A DNA stretch of 64,000 nt from an uncultured Bacteroidota bacterium (GTDB taxonomy: Bacteria > CLD3 > SB21 > JBBIRG01). The notes below the pieces were generated by a model that saw only the letters and a program-made list of their open reading frames with translations, had not been told where the DNA came from and ran no database searches. The position numbers and the translations under genes were made by a program. The stretch lies in contig CAZSRX010000021.1 of assembly GCA_964609675.1 (NCBI GenBank), forward strand, positions 373 through 64,372, given 5' to 3'. Within the stretch, counting starts at the first letter, position 1; the number at the start of each line of letters is the position of its first letter. Shown here piece by piece: positions 50,082-59,662 of the stretch.

Positions 50082-50687
50082 CTATATAGTAATGGTTTGG
50101 GGCTTTCCGAACAGTTCGGCCTCGGTCAGTTCGCAGATCAGATGTCCCATCAGGATATGTATTTCCTGAATGCGCGGCGTATCGGCGGACGGCGCATTAA
50201 GAAGGTACCGGCACAACGGTTTCATTTTGCCGCCGGTGGCGCCCGTCATGCCAACCGTAATCATACCAAGGGCATTGCCGCGTTCCACCGCCTTCACAAT
50301 ATTCGGCGAGTTGCCCGATGTGGAAATCGCAATCAGCAGGTCGCCCGGCCGGCCTTTGGCGTCCACTAACCGTGAAAAGATATCATCGAAGGCATAATCA
50401 TTCGCGACGGCCGTAAGATGCGACGTATTGGCATGCAAGGCTTCGGCATCCAGCGGTTTGCGGTCGAAATAGAACCGTCCGGTCAGCTCGGCCGCGAGAT
50501 GCTGGGCGTCCGCCGCACTCCCTCCGTTACCGCATAACAGCACTTTATGCCCGCTGCGGTAAGCGGTAACCATAGCCGACACCACCTGCCCGAGCGTTTC
50601 CTGCAAGGCCGTGTCCGCCAGTAGGGCTTCTTTTACGGCAATAGATTTCTTAATCACCGCCTGAATTGTACCGGAATAATCTGACAT
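50082..50687 (-). CDS. gmhA: SIS-domain phosphoheptose isomerase (GmhA) or a DiaA-like paralogue
   Basis: MSDYSGTIQAVIKKSIAVKEAL...LLCGNGGSAADAQHLAAELTGRF. Start at the ATG at 50687. Confidence 0.65.
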   Translation of the reverse strand: MSDYSGTIQAVIKKSIAVKEALLADTALQETLGQVVSAMVTAYRSGHKVLLCGNGGSAADAQHLAAELTGRFYFDRKPLDAEALHANTSHLTAVANDYAFDDIFSRLVDAKGRPGDLLIAISTSGNSPNIVKAVERGNALGMITVGMTGATGGKMKPLCRYLLNAPSADTPRIQEIHILMGHLICELTEAELFGKPQTITI

Positions 50688-50782
50688 GGTTGTTTCTTTT
50701 TTTTTTTTGAATGCAATATAGGTAATTTGTTTATGATGAGCAACGCCAATTTCGCGCACCTAATTAAGTACTGCAATCCGTT

Positions 50783-52441
50783 TCATGAAGAAGTGTTTTT
50801 GTTAATTACCGTTAAAAGATACCAGCCGTTCGGGTCCACAACCGGTTCATCGGAAGAAATCAGAATAACCGGTTTTTCGGATAGCAGCACCCTTTCGACA
50901 CCTGCGGAAGTGCGGATCTCGACCGGCAGTTCGAAATCCGGACGGGTCAGACGCAGCGCATATTGATTATCCCCGCGCCGTACTACCTCGATAACGGGAT
51001 AATCGGTTGTATACAAAAACACATCCATAAACGGTTTCAGGTTTTTCCCCGATGCCCGGTTTATTTCCGCAATGAAATCATCGGTATTTATGAAATGCGT
51101 ATAGGTATAACGGGGGTTTTCGGCCAGGGATTTCAGAAACGGGAAAAATATTGAGTCGCCTGTCAGAAAACGCAGACTATGCATGAGATAGGCGCCTTTA
51201 AAATAAATATCGTTATTGTAGCTTTCCGACGTCGTGGCGTTGCGTTTCGGCACCAAAGGATTCCGGTTGCCAATGCGTTTCCTTACGGTGGCCATATAAC
51301 GGTGATAACCGGCTTCGCCGGTCTTTTCGCGGTGATACAGACCTTCGCCGTATGTACAGATGCCCTCATGAATCCAAAAGTCCGCCCAGTCGCCGGCCGT
51401 GACTTTATTGCCCCACCATTCATGGCCCATTTCGTGAAGCATGAGCTGGTCGAAAGTATGACCGTTCAGCGTCTCAAAACGATAGCCGTTGCCGTAAGCA
51501 TTCAACGTCTGGTGTTCCATGCCGAGATAGTCGTTTTCGGCCAGCCCGAATTTTTCCTTGGCAAAGGGATATTCCCCGTAATATTTCCTATAAGTGTAAA
51601 GCATATCGACGGCCATGTCAATCAGGCAGTCCGGCCGCGCGCCTTCCCGCGGAATATAATAAAAAACGACCGGCATGGTGTCGCGGCTTAGCGTTATGTA
51701 GGGACGCTGCAGAATGGCATACCGGGCAATACTGATGTTGATGTTGTAATTGTTAATCGGGTAGCGTGTCAGCCAGTGAAATGTGCTGAGTGCCCCGGTT
51801 GTATCTATACCCTGCAGAAGCCCGTTCGACGCGCAATAATAACCCTTGGGCACGGTGATGTGCAGCGCGGCGCTGTCCGGCTCGTCCGACGGATGATCCT
51901 TGCACGGAAACCATACTTTGGCTCCCTCGCCCTGACACGACACGCCGATCCAATAATCCCCGCGGTCGTCTTTGGACCAATTGAAACCCCCGCGCCACGG
52001 CGGTAGAACCGCTTTGGTCGGTTCTCCATGATAATACACGGTAACCCATGACGTTGCCTGCTTTCGTAATGGACTCAATAAATGGATATAGAGTTTATAA
52101 GGCTCTCGCCTGAACTCCAGGGACTGGCCGCCGCTGTTTTGGACTTCCGTGACTTCAATATCGTCCACTAAATCCAGTTCCAGTTCCGACAACCCGTCAT
52201 ACAGACTTTTATAATAAACAGCCGTACTGCCACTGATGGTCTTATTTTCAGGGTTTATCGTAAGACGGATATCATAGAACTGCACATCAAATCGGGACTG
52301 ATTATCCGAAAGCGGCCCTCCGGAAGGAATGGACCCAAACGTGAAAAAATAATATGCAAGAAAACCTAAACTCACGGCTATACAAAAAACCGAAATCAGC
52401 ATCCCTATAAACAACAGTGAAATTAATATGGACCGGTTCAT
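50783..52441 (-). CDS. M1-family zinc metallopeptidase (aminopeptidase N-like), membrane-anchored
   Basis: HEMGHEWWGN plus a downstream E (HEXXHX18E). N-terminal TM helix. Confidence 0.8.
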   Translation of the reverse strand: MNRSILISLLFIGMLISVFCIAVSLGFLAYYFFTFGSIPSGGPLSDNQSRFDVQFYDIRLTINPENKTISGSTAVYYKSLYDGLSELELDLVDDIEVTEVQNSGGQSLEFRREPYKLYIHLLSPLRKQATSWVTVYYHGEPTKAVLPPWRGGFNWSKDDRGDYWIGVSCQGEGAKVWFPCKDHPSDEPDSAALHITVPKGYYCASNGLLQGIDTTGALSTFHWLTRYPINNYNINISIARYAILQRPYITLSRDTMPVVFYYIPREGARPDCLIDMAVDMLYTYRKYYGEYPFAKEKFGLAENDYLGMEHQTLNAYGNGYRFETLNGHTFDQLMLHEMGHEWWGNKVTAGDWADFWIHEGICTYGEGLYHREKTGEAGYHRYMATVRKRIGNRNPLVPKRNATTSESYNNDIYFKGAYLMHSLRFLTGDSIFFPFLKSLAENPRYTYTHFINTDDFIAEINRASGKNLKPFMDVFLYTTDYPVIEVVRRGDNQYALRLTRPDFELPVEIRTSAGVERVLLSEKPVILISSDEPVVDPNGWYLLTVINKNTSS

Positions 52442-52603
52442 ATAAGGTTTAATGCGTATTTAATTTTAATTTTCTGTAATTGTTATTCTATGGCTTTTTT
52501 TAATAATATTCAATTCCTTTTGCAATCCATGCGATTTCCGTTGATTTTTTTTTAATCATTTTATTATTTTTATCAAAAAAATGATAATACACGAAAGCGT
52601 TTC

Positions 52604-53380
52604 ATGAGATCATCACTTCTTCTTTTGCTTCTGGGATGGATGTGGCTGACACCGTTCCTCTGCCGGGCGCAGGTTAACATCGAAAGCATGAGAAAATCAG
52701 AAGGCCGCGGCTTCCAGAGCAACCTGGCATTTAATCTGGGCTACATCAGCGGCAATTCAGAAATATTCAATATGAAAACGAATCTGCGGTCAGATCTTTT
52801 TCTTGAAAATTATAACTTCTTCATTATCGGCAATTACCAACGGGCGACCAGCAAAAACAAATTATCTTTGAATAAGGGATTTGTCCACGTCCGCGGTCTG
52901 CGGTCGCTGAACCGTTTCATTAAGGTCGAGGTATTTACTCAGAAAGAATTCAATGATTTTCTCCTAATAAAAAACCGCGATTTACTGGGTTCCGGTCTTA
53001 GATTTGAATATAAAAACTGGGATACGGTGAGCCGGCCCGCTTCCAAGCTGACCGTCAACCTGGGCACAGGCGTCATGTGGGAAAGAGAATTATTCAATAA
53101 AAAAGATATCCAGGACACGCGCATTATACGCTCCACGAACTATCTTTCACTTAAATACGTGTGGGAAGAACGTCTGACATTTCAGGCGATCAGTTATTAT
53201 CAGGTCAACACAAAGCGCCGGAACGATTACCGGATATTATCGGACGGCAGTCTTGGCATCACCATAACCAAACAGGTTATGATCACTACGGGACTGAATT
53301 TCCGCTACGACAACGAACCGCCGATTGCTGTTAAAAAATATGACATGGAACTCACCAACGGGTTATTAATCAGCTTCTGA
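52604..53380 (+). CDS. DUF481-family outer-membrane beta-barrel protein
   Basis: Signal peptide MRSSLLLLLLGWMWLTPFLCRAQ, alternating beta-strand pattern, C-terminal ...LLISF. Confidence 0.55.
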   Translation: MRSSLLLLLLGWMWLTPFLCRAQVNIESMRKSEGRGFQSNLAFNLGYISGNSEIFNMKTNLRSDLFLENYNFFIIGNYQRATSKNKLSLNKGFVHVRGLRSLNRFIKVEVFTQKEFNDFLLIKNRDLLGSGLRFEYKNWDTVSRPASKLTVNLGTGVMWERELFNKKDIQDTRIIRSTNYLSLKYVWEERLTFQAISYYQVNTKRRNDYRILSDGSLGITITKQVMITTGLNFRYDNEPPIAVKKYDMELTNGLLISF

Positions 53381-56300
53381 GAAAGTCCCGGAGCGATCGG
53401 CGTTGAGCGGTAATATTACCGTAATCGTGGTGCCCCGGCCCGGTTCGCTACGCAAATCAATGTGTCCCTGGTGTTTTCGGACAATACCGTACGCTTCCGT
53501 AAGCCCCAGCCCGCGGCCCGTTCCGATATCCCTCGTAGTGAAGAACGGATCGAAGACGTGCTTCAACTGTTCGGCGGGAATGCCAATGCCGTTGTCGGTT
53601 ACGCTCAGCCCTATAGCCGGTTCGGGTTCCGCAACGAACTCGCTCTCAATCAGAATTTTACCTTCTCCGGTGGTTATTTGACCGGCGGATGCGGCGTCCT
53701 GGATCGCCTGAACGGCGTTAATCAGTATGTTGCGGAAGCACTGACCCAGTTCGGACGCATTGCCCTGCACGACTACATCCGGCGGGAGACTGTTGATAAC
53801 CAACACATCGTGATACTGGCGGATAAACAAATCAACCACGGTATGGATGATCTCGTAGAGATTGACCGGTTTGAAGTCGGACTCATTGAGATTTGAAAAT
53901 TTAATCAGATTCGTCACCACATCACGGACCCGGTGCGTACTGATCGCGCAAGCCTGCAGGGCTTCCACCGCATCCAGGAAGTGCGCTTCGTTAAAAACGG
54001 TTTTATCGGTTATCACGTTATTTTTCAGATAATCCAGGTTCGCATAAATTACCGATAACGGATTATTCAGTTCGTGCGCGATACCGGCGACTAATTGTCC
54101 CAGCGAGGCCATTTTCTCGGAGTGAATCAACTGCGCCTGCGTGGCGCGCAGCTGGCGGGTGCGCGCCTCGACCTTTTTTTCCAGTTCCTCGTTTCTTTTC
54201 TTCAGCCAGCGAACCCGGATTCGTATGATCATGATAACGGTTAACGTGCCGGCGGTCAGATAGAAAACCCACGCATACCATGCCGTCCAGGGCGCAGGTA
54301 AAATTTCAAACGCTAGGACTTCTGTACGGCTGATTTGACCGGCATAATTTTTTCCCGTAACCGCAAACTGATAAACGCCCGGTGCCAGATTGGTATAACT
54401 GACTTTGTTATCCGAAGTCCAGAGGCTGGCCTTATGCTCCAGCCCTATCAGACGGGTCTGATAAGCGGTTTCGTTTTCCCGGAAATAAGACAATAATACG
54501 AATTCAAATGTCAGCCGGTTTTGGTCATATCGCAGCCGGGCGCCGTTCGTAACTGTCTGACTGTTATTCTCGGAAACGGATTTAATGATTTGCAACGCGG
54601 GAACCGTTTCATCCCGAGACGCGTCCTCCGGATTCAGCATCACCAGACCTTTGACCGTGCCCGCCCATATTCTTCCAAAGCCATCCCGCCATGCTTGGCG
54701 GCCGTTACATTCCCGGGTGGGCAGGCCGTCTTCGGCGCCGTACGTGAGAAGACGGTAGGCGCCGTTTCCTGACGGCGAGCGTTCAATCCGCGCCGCGCCT
54801 TTATTGGTAAACACATAGAGCCGCCCGTAGCGATCCTGCGCCATCTGATGGATCACATTATTCGGCAGGGCGGGTTGGGTGCTTTCGGTGAACGTTATCC
54901 ATCCGGCGGTATCTCCCAGCGGCAATCGCGTAACGCCGCCCAGCGTACCCGCCCATATGGAAGGATGGCCGCTTACGGATGAATCCGCCAACAGACAGCG
55001 GACGCGGTTGTCGGCCAACCCGTCATTTACGGTATACACGGTAAAACGGTTCTGCGTATAACGGGTCAAACCGCCGTCCGTGCCCAGCCATAATTCCGTA
55101 CGCTTGTCGGGAAGCTTCAGCGGAAGAATACAGTACACGGAATTGTCCCCCAGACCGTCGTTACGGGTAAATAACGTCCAGGTATTGTTAGACAGACGCA
55201 GAAGCCCCGATGACGAAGCAAACCACATGACCGGGCCTTCCGGACTGTCGGTTTCGGCGATATCATAAATCCATGCATAATATAAAGAATCGGGCATCGG
55301 GACGCGCGCCCAACGCGTTCCTTCCAGCCGGTTCAGCCCGTTGTCGGTACCTGCCCAGAGGACGCTTTTTCCGCCGCCTGAAGATTCATACAGCGACAGA
55401 ACGCGGTTATTGGCCAGTCCGTGCCGCCGCTCGAAAACCGTCTGCCGTCCGTTATCGTATTTCCAAATCCCGTTGTTCGTCCCGACATAGAATACCTGCG
55501 AACCCTCGTTCCCGGCGGTAATAAGCAAACTCACCACACTGGCATGCGGCATACGGGCGCGCATATCTAACGTCTGCCAGCCGCCCGACTTCAGGCGGCA
55601 AAGTCCGGCATTGGCCGTACCAACCCAAAGCGTATAGACCGATGCGCTTTCCTGCACAGCCAACAAACTGAATATGTAGTTATCCGCAAAACCGCTGGCA
55701 GTATTAAAATATTTCCATTGCGCGCCATCGTATCGCAGCAGTCCCAGACCAATGGTTCCCATCCACAGAATATTTTTGTTTTTTTCACGCGTAACGGCGA
55801 GGGAGGTTATAATAACATTCCTCGGGCTGCCGTTTACCGGTTTCCATGTATTATGTATCAGAGTCCACAGCCCGTCCGAGGTTGCGGCGTATAATCCGCT
55901 ACCGCCTGAATCCGTTTTTGTTTCTAAAAGAAAATAAACATTTTCCCTGGTCAGCGAAACTCTGGAATCCGGCGTATGCCACGCGCCGTCCTGCATATAG
56001 GACAGCCCGCGCATGGTTCCTGCCCATAATGTTTGTCTGCCCTGATAAGATGTCTCAAGGAGGCAGAATACATGATTATCGCTCAGACCGTTGGCGCTTG
56101 TATAGTGCGTCCACTGTCCTTCTTCCAGCCGTGAAACGCCGCCGCCAAATGTGGCAACCCATATAACCGGTCGGCCGGAATCGCCGGAAGTTTCCAGAAT
56201 GTAGTTCACCCGGTCATCCCTCAAGCCGTTGCCGGCGGTAAACGTCGTCCACTCGCCGTTGCGGAGACGCGACAAGCCGCCGCCGCGCGTACCGAACCAC

Positions 56301-56599
56301 AGACTGCCGTCCGAAGCCGCGCATAATGCGTTCTGGTTGATGAAATTGGAAACTTTTTTATTCGGCATATCCCGGACGGTCCAGGTGCGGCCGTTATACA
56401 CCGCGACGCCGTCCTGCGTGCCGACCCATAGAAATCCCATGGAATCTAAACCTACCGCCCGGATGGTGTTCTGAGGCAGGCCATCGTTGTCGGTATAAGT
56501 TTTGAAATACGGCATGGCCAGGGAACCGATATCCTGAGCTTGGGCGTACGGTAAAAGAATAAACGACAGCACCGTGTATATGTAAAGACGTTTTCTCAA
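53366..56599 (-). CDS. sensor histidine kinase with periplasmic two-component-regulator beta-propeller repeats (no receiver or DNA-binding domain)
   Basis: Signal peptide. About 14 repeats of the type LWVGTxxGL / WxGTxxGLxRL. One TM helix (WVFYLTAGTLTVIMII). Then a coiled coil, the HisKA H-box AGIAHELNNPLS and the HATPase motifs DNGIGI and GTGRGLGL. Confidence 0.75.
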   Translation of the reverse strand: MRKRLYIYTVLSFILLPYAQAQDIGSLAMPYFKTYTDNDGLPQNTIRAVGLDSMGFLWVGTQDGVAVYNGRTWTVRDMPNKKVSNFINQNALCAASDGSLWFGTRGGGLSRLRNGEWTTFTAGNGLRDDRVNYILETSGDSGRPVIWVATFGGGVSRLEEGQWTHYTSANGLSDNHVFCLLETSYQGRQTLWAGTMRGLSYMQDGAWHTPDSRVSLTRENVYFLLETKTDSGGSGLYAATSDGLWTLIHNTWKPVNGSPRNVIITSLAVTREKNKNILWMGTIGLGLLRYDGAQWKYFNTASGFADNYIFSLLAVQESASVYTLWVGTANAGLCRLKSGGWQTLDMRARMPHASVVSLLITAGNEGSQVFYVGTNNGIWKYDNGRQTVFERRHGLANNRVLSLYESSGGGKSVLWAGTDNGLNRLEGTRWARVPMPDSLYYAWIYDIAETDSPEGPVMWFASSSGLLRLSNNTWTLFTRNDGLGDNSVYCILPLKLPDKRTELWLGTDGGLTRYTQNRFTVYTVNDGLADNRVRCLLADSSVSGHPSIWAGTLGGVTRLPLGDTAGWITFTESTQPALPNNVIHQMAQDRYGRLYVFTNKGAARIERSPSGNGAYRLLTYGAEDGLPTRECNGRQAWRDGFGRIWAGTVKGLVMLNPEDASRDETVPALQIIKSVSENNSQTVTNGARLRYDQNRLTFEFVLLSYFRENETAYQTRLIGLEHKASLWTSDNKVSYTNLAPGVYQFAVTGKNYAGQISRTEVLAFEILPAPWTAWYAWVFYLTAGTLTVIMIIRIRVRWLKKRNEELEKKVEARTRQLRATQAQLIHSEKMASLGQLVAGIAHELNNPLSVIYANLDYLKNNVITDKTVFNEAHFLDAVEALQACAISTHRVRDVVTNLIKFSNLNESDFKPVNLYEIIHTVVDLFIRQYHDVLVINSLPPDVVVQGNASELGQCFRNILINAVQAIQDAASAGQITTGEGKILIESEFVAEPEPAIGLSVTDNGIGIPAEQLKHVFDPFFTTRDIGTGRGLGLTEAYGIVRKHQGHIDLRSEPGRGTTITVILPLNADRSGTFSEAD

Positions 56600-56617
56600 T
56601 GGGACATCGATTATTTT

Positions 56618-58225
56618 CTATTCCGAAAAACGGTCAATTTTTGGCCGCTTGCCGCGGTTGGCCAGTTCCATAACCAGATTGTAATTAAACTGCGCTACGT
56701 TTCGCAGTTTATCCCAGTTTATACGGTCGGCGTCGTCCGTCGTTTTATGATAATCTTCCACCATACCGTCAAAATAGAAAACGACCGGCACGCCTTCCTT
56801 GGCGTAATGATAATGATCGCTCCGGTAGTAGTAATAATTCGGATCGTCCGCCCGGTCAAAGTAATAATCCAGATGGAAGAGTTGGGCTTTACGGTTCACG
56901 GACTCCTGAATGGACTTAAGTTCCGAGCTGATCCGTCCGGCGCCGATAACGTACAGACTGTCGGTATGTCCGCGCCCGACCATATCGATATTAATCATGG
57001 TAACCAACTGCGTCAGGTGGAACGGCCGCATTGTTTCCGGCTGCGTCAGGTAATCCGACCCGATCAGTCCTTTTTCCTCCGCGCCGTGAAACACAAAGAG
57101 CACCGAACGTTTCGGCCGTTTCCCGACGCTCACCGCCCGCGCGATTTCCAGCACGGCAGCCACCCCGGAGGCGTTATCATCGGCGCCGTTGTAAACCTCG
57201 CCGGATTCCGAAATGCCCAGATGGTCGTAATGTGCGCAAACGCCCACGTATTCATGCCGCAGCGTTTCGTCCGCGCCTTCCAGCACGCCGATAAGGTTTG
57301 CCGTTTCAATGAGGGTGCGCTGCAGGCTGATGGTCAGTTCCATAGTCATAGATGGCAGCATCGTACGAGGAAAAGGCCGGCGGGTTTTGGCGCCGGATTC
57401 GATCGAATCCAGATTCAGGCCGGCGCGGCTCAGTATTTTGCGGAAGAAAAATTCGTTGGCCATCAGGTAGGGTATCCGGTCTTCTACGGACCGGCTGACG
57501 CCGATTTCCTTATCAAAGGTCAGATGGGCGGACTTGAAGTAATCCACATAATCGGACCACTTCCGGCGCAGAGCTTCCGGCGCCATCACGATAATGCCCG
57601 CGGCGCCCAGTTCCTTCGCGCGGTGCCGTTTGTAAAATAACGCGCTGGCGTAGGAACTCGGTATTTCGCCGTAAAAATAATTCTCGTCGTCGGATGGCGG
57701 CTCGTCGTCCAGAACAAGAACGATTTTACCTTTCACGTCCAAACCGGCGTAATCGTCGTAATCAAATTCCGGCGCGGTGATGCCGTACCCCGCAAACACG
57801 ACGGGCGCTGTCACGGAACAGTTAAACAGATAACCGTGAAAATTGCCGAAATCGTTGCCGTAATAAAACGGCATCCGTTGCCCGTCGGCGTCGCGCAGGA
57901 TGATGCCCGAACCGGACATAACGCGAATTTTGGCCGCTTCGACGCTCTGAATGTACGTCAGGGAATCCAGAATACTCCCGCCGTTCCGATAGGCATATGG
58001 CTGCACACCGTAAGATTCCAGTTGACGCACAATGTAATCCTGAGCCATCCGTTCATACATCGTGCCGGCTTCCCTTCCCCCCAGCGAATCGGATGCCAGT
58101 ATCCGGACGTGCGTGCGCAACCGGTCGGATTCTATGACATCGCCGTGGTAAACCCTCACAGACGAAGCGCAGGATATCAGCGCTCCGAATAACATAACAA
58201 TGATAATTTTACTTTTATCGGCCAT
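56618..58225 (-). CDS. M28-family peptidase with PA domain (secreted aminopeptidase)
   Basis: HYDHLG...NGADDNASG...EEKGLIGS...NIDMVG are M28 zinc ligands. Signal peptide from the ATG at 58225 (MADKSKIIIVMLFGALISCASS). Confidence 0.75.
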   Translation of the reverse strand: MADKSKIIIVMLFGALISCASSVRVYHGDVIESDRLRTHVRILASDSLGGREAGTMYERMAQDYIVRQLESYGVQPYAYRNGGSILDSLTYIQSVEAAKIRVMSGSGIILRDADGQRMPFYYGNDFGNFHGYLFNCSVTAPVVFAGYGITAPEFDYDDYAGLDVKGKIVLVLDDEPPSDDENYFYGEIPSSYASALFYKRHRAKELGAAGIIVMAPEALRRKWSDYVDYFKSAHLTFDKEIGVSRSVEDRIPYLMANEFFFRKILSRAGLNLDSIESGAKTRRPFPRTMLPSMTMELTISLQRTLIETANLIGVLEGADETLRHEYVGVCAHYDHLGISESGEVYNGADDNASGVAAVLEIARAVSVGKRPKRSVLFVFHGAEEKGLIGSDYLTQPETMRPFHLTQLVTMINIDMVGRGHTDSLYVIGAGRISSELKSIQESVNRKAQLFHLDYYFDRADDPNYYYYRSDHYHYAKEGVPVVFYFDGMVEDYHKTTDDADRINWDKLRNVAQFNYNLVMELANRGKRPKIDRFSE

Positions 58226-58560
58226 GCGAACGTATCCTTTTGTTAAGCAATGGTAATAATAAAGAATTGGTATGTCAATAAAAATATCGCGCTTCGCTCT
58301 GTCGAAGCGAATCATTCCTCCGAATAAACTTCGGGTTCGGGTCCGCGTTCGAATTTTGTCGGCGTCATTGTCGTCTAAATTCTAGCTGAAATGACCGATT
58401 GGTATGATAATTTTTCTAAGTGGATTCATTAGCCCGATGTTTTTTACTTGTATAAAGTAAAAATTATCACCATATTTTTGTGTGATTTTTGCAACCGAAT
58501 CACATTTTTTACGTATAACAACCATTCTTCATATTAATGCCGGCCTGAAAGGAGGTCATC

Positions 58561-59634
58561 ATGGACATACGAATCACCCGAATCCAGGACCATCAGAAAA
58601 AACCAAAACCCGCCGATGAATCCAAACTCGGTTTCGGCAAGTATTTCACCGATCACTTTTTTCATATAAAATACACTGACGGCAAAGGCTGGCATGAACC
58701 GGTTATTGAACCGTACCGTGCCCTCCAACTGGATCCGGCCGCCAATGTGCTTCATTATGCGCAGGAAATATTTGAAGGCCTCAAAGCTTACCGCGGCCGG
58801 GATAATCATGTCTATCTTTTCAGGGCCAAAGACAACCTGAAACGGCTGAACCGTTCGGCGCAGCGGCTGTGCATGCCGGAAGTGGACATCGATTTCATTC
58901 ACCGCGCCATGAAAGAACTGGTCCTCATTGACAAGGACTGGATCCCGAAATCACGCGGTTCGTCATTATATATCCGTCCGGCCATGATCGGCACCGAAGC
59001 GTCGGTGGGCGTCAAAGTGTCCTCCGAATATTTATTTTTTATTATCGTGGGTCCGGCCGGCCCGTATTATCCGGAAGGGTTTAATCCGATCCGGATTTTT
59101 GTATCCGACAAGTACATCCGCGCGGTGCGGGGCGGTCTCGGCGAAGCCAAGACCGGCGCCAATTACGCCGCCAGCCTTCTACCGGCGCGGGAAGCCAAGG
59201 AAAAAGGCTGCGCGCAGGTGCTCTGGCTGGACGCGCTGGAACTCCGTTACGTCGAGGAAGTCGGCACGATGAACATGTTCTTCCGTTTCGACGACGAAAT
59301 CGCCACCAGCCCGCTGACCGGAACCATATTGCCCGGTATCACGCGCGATTCGGTGCTGAAACTGCTGAAAGACTGGGGCCTGAAATGTTCCGAACGGCCC
59401 ATCCCGATTGACGAGGTCATCGACGGCGCTAAAAGCGGACGCCTGAAAGAAGCGTTCGGCACGGGCACGGCGGCAATTATTTCCCCGGTCGGCGAACTGC
59501 TGTTTAAAAACGAAATCTATACCGTGAATCATAAAAAAACCGGCGAGATTTCCCAAAAATTGTATGACGAAATCCTGTCCATGCAATACGGCGAGAAAAC
59601 CGACCCGCACGGCTGGGTCGAAAAAATTGACTGA
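58561..59634 (+). CDS. ilvE: branched-chain amino acid aminotransferase
   Basis: Class IV PLP fold. 357 aa with ...GLGEAKTGANYAASL...GTGTAA. Confidence 0.85.
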   Translation: MDIRITRIQDHQKKPKPADESKLGFGKYFTDHFFHIKYTDGKGWHEPVIEPYRALQLDPAANVLHYAQEIFEGLKAYRGRDNHVYLFRAKDNLKRLNRSAQRLCMPEVDIDFIHRAMKELVLIDKDWIPKSRGSSLYIRPAMIGTEASVGVKVSSEYLFFIIVGPAGPYYPEGFNPIRIFVSDKYIRAVRGGLGEAKTGANYAASLLPAREAKEKGCAQVLWLDALELRYVEEVGTMNMFFRFDDEIATSPLTGTILPGITRDSVLKLLKDWGLKCSERPIPIDEVIDGAKSGRLKEAFGTGTAAIISPVGELLFKNEIYTVNHKKTGEISQKLYDEILSMQYGEKTDPHGWVEKID

Positions 59635-59662
59635 CCCCTATCACTAATTTAAAGGAATAAAC

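Noticed and set aside
58470-58500. TGTGA...TCACA inverted repeat upstream of ilvE (possible CRP/FNR-type site)
   Set aside because: The half-sites are separated by 14 nt rather than the canonical 6, so it is not a credible CRP-family operator.
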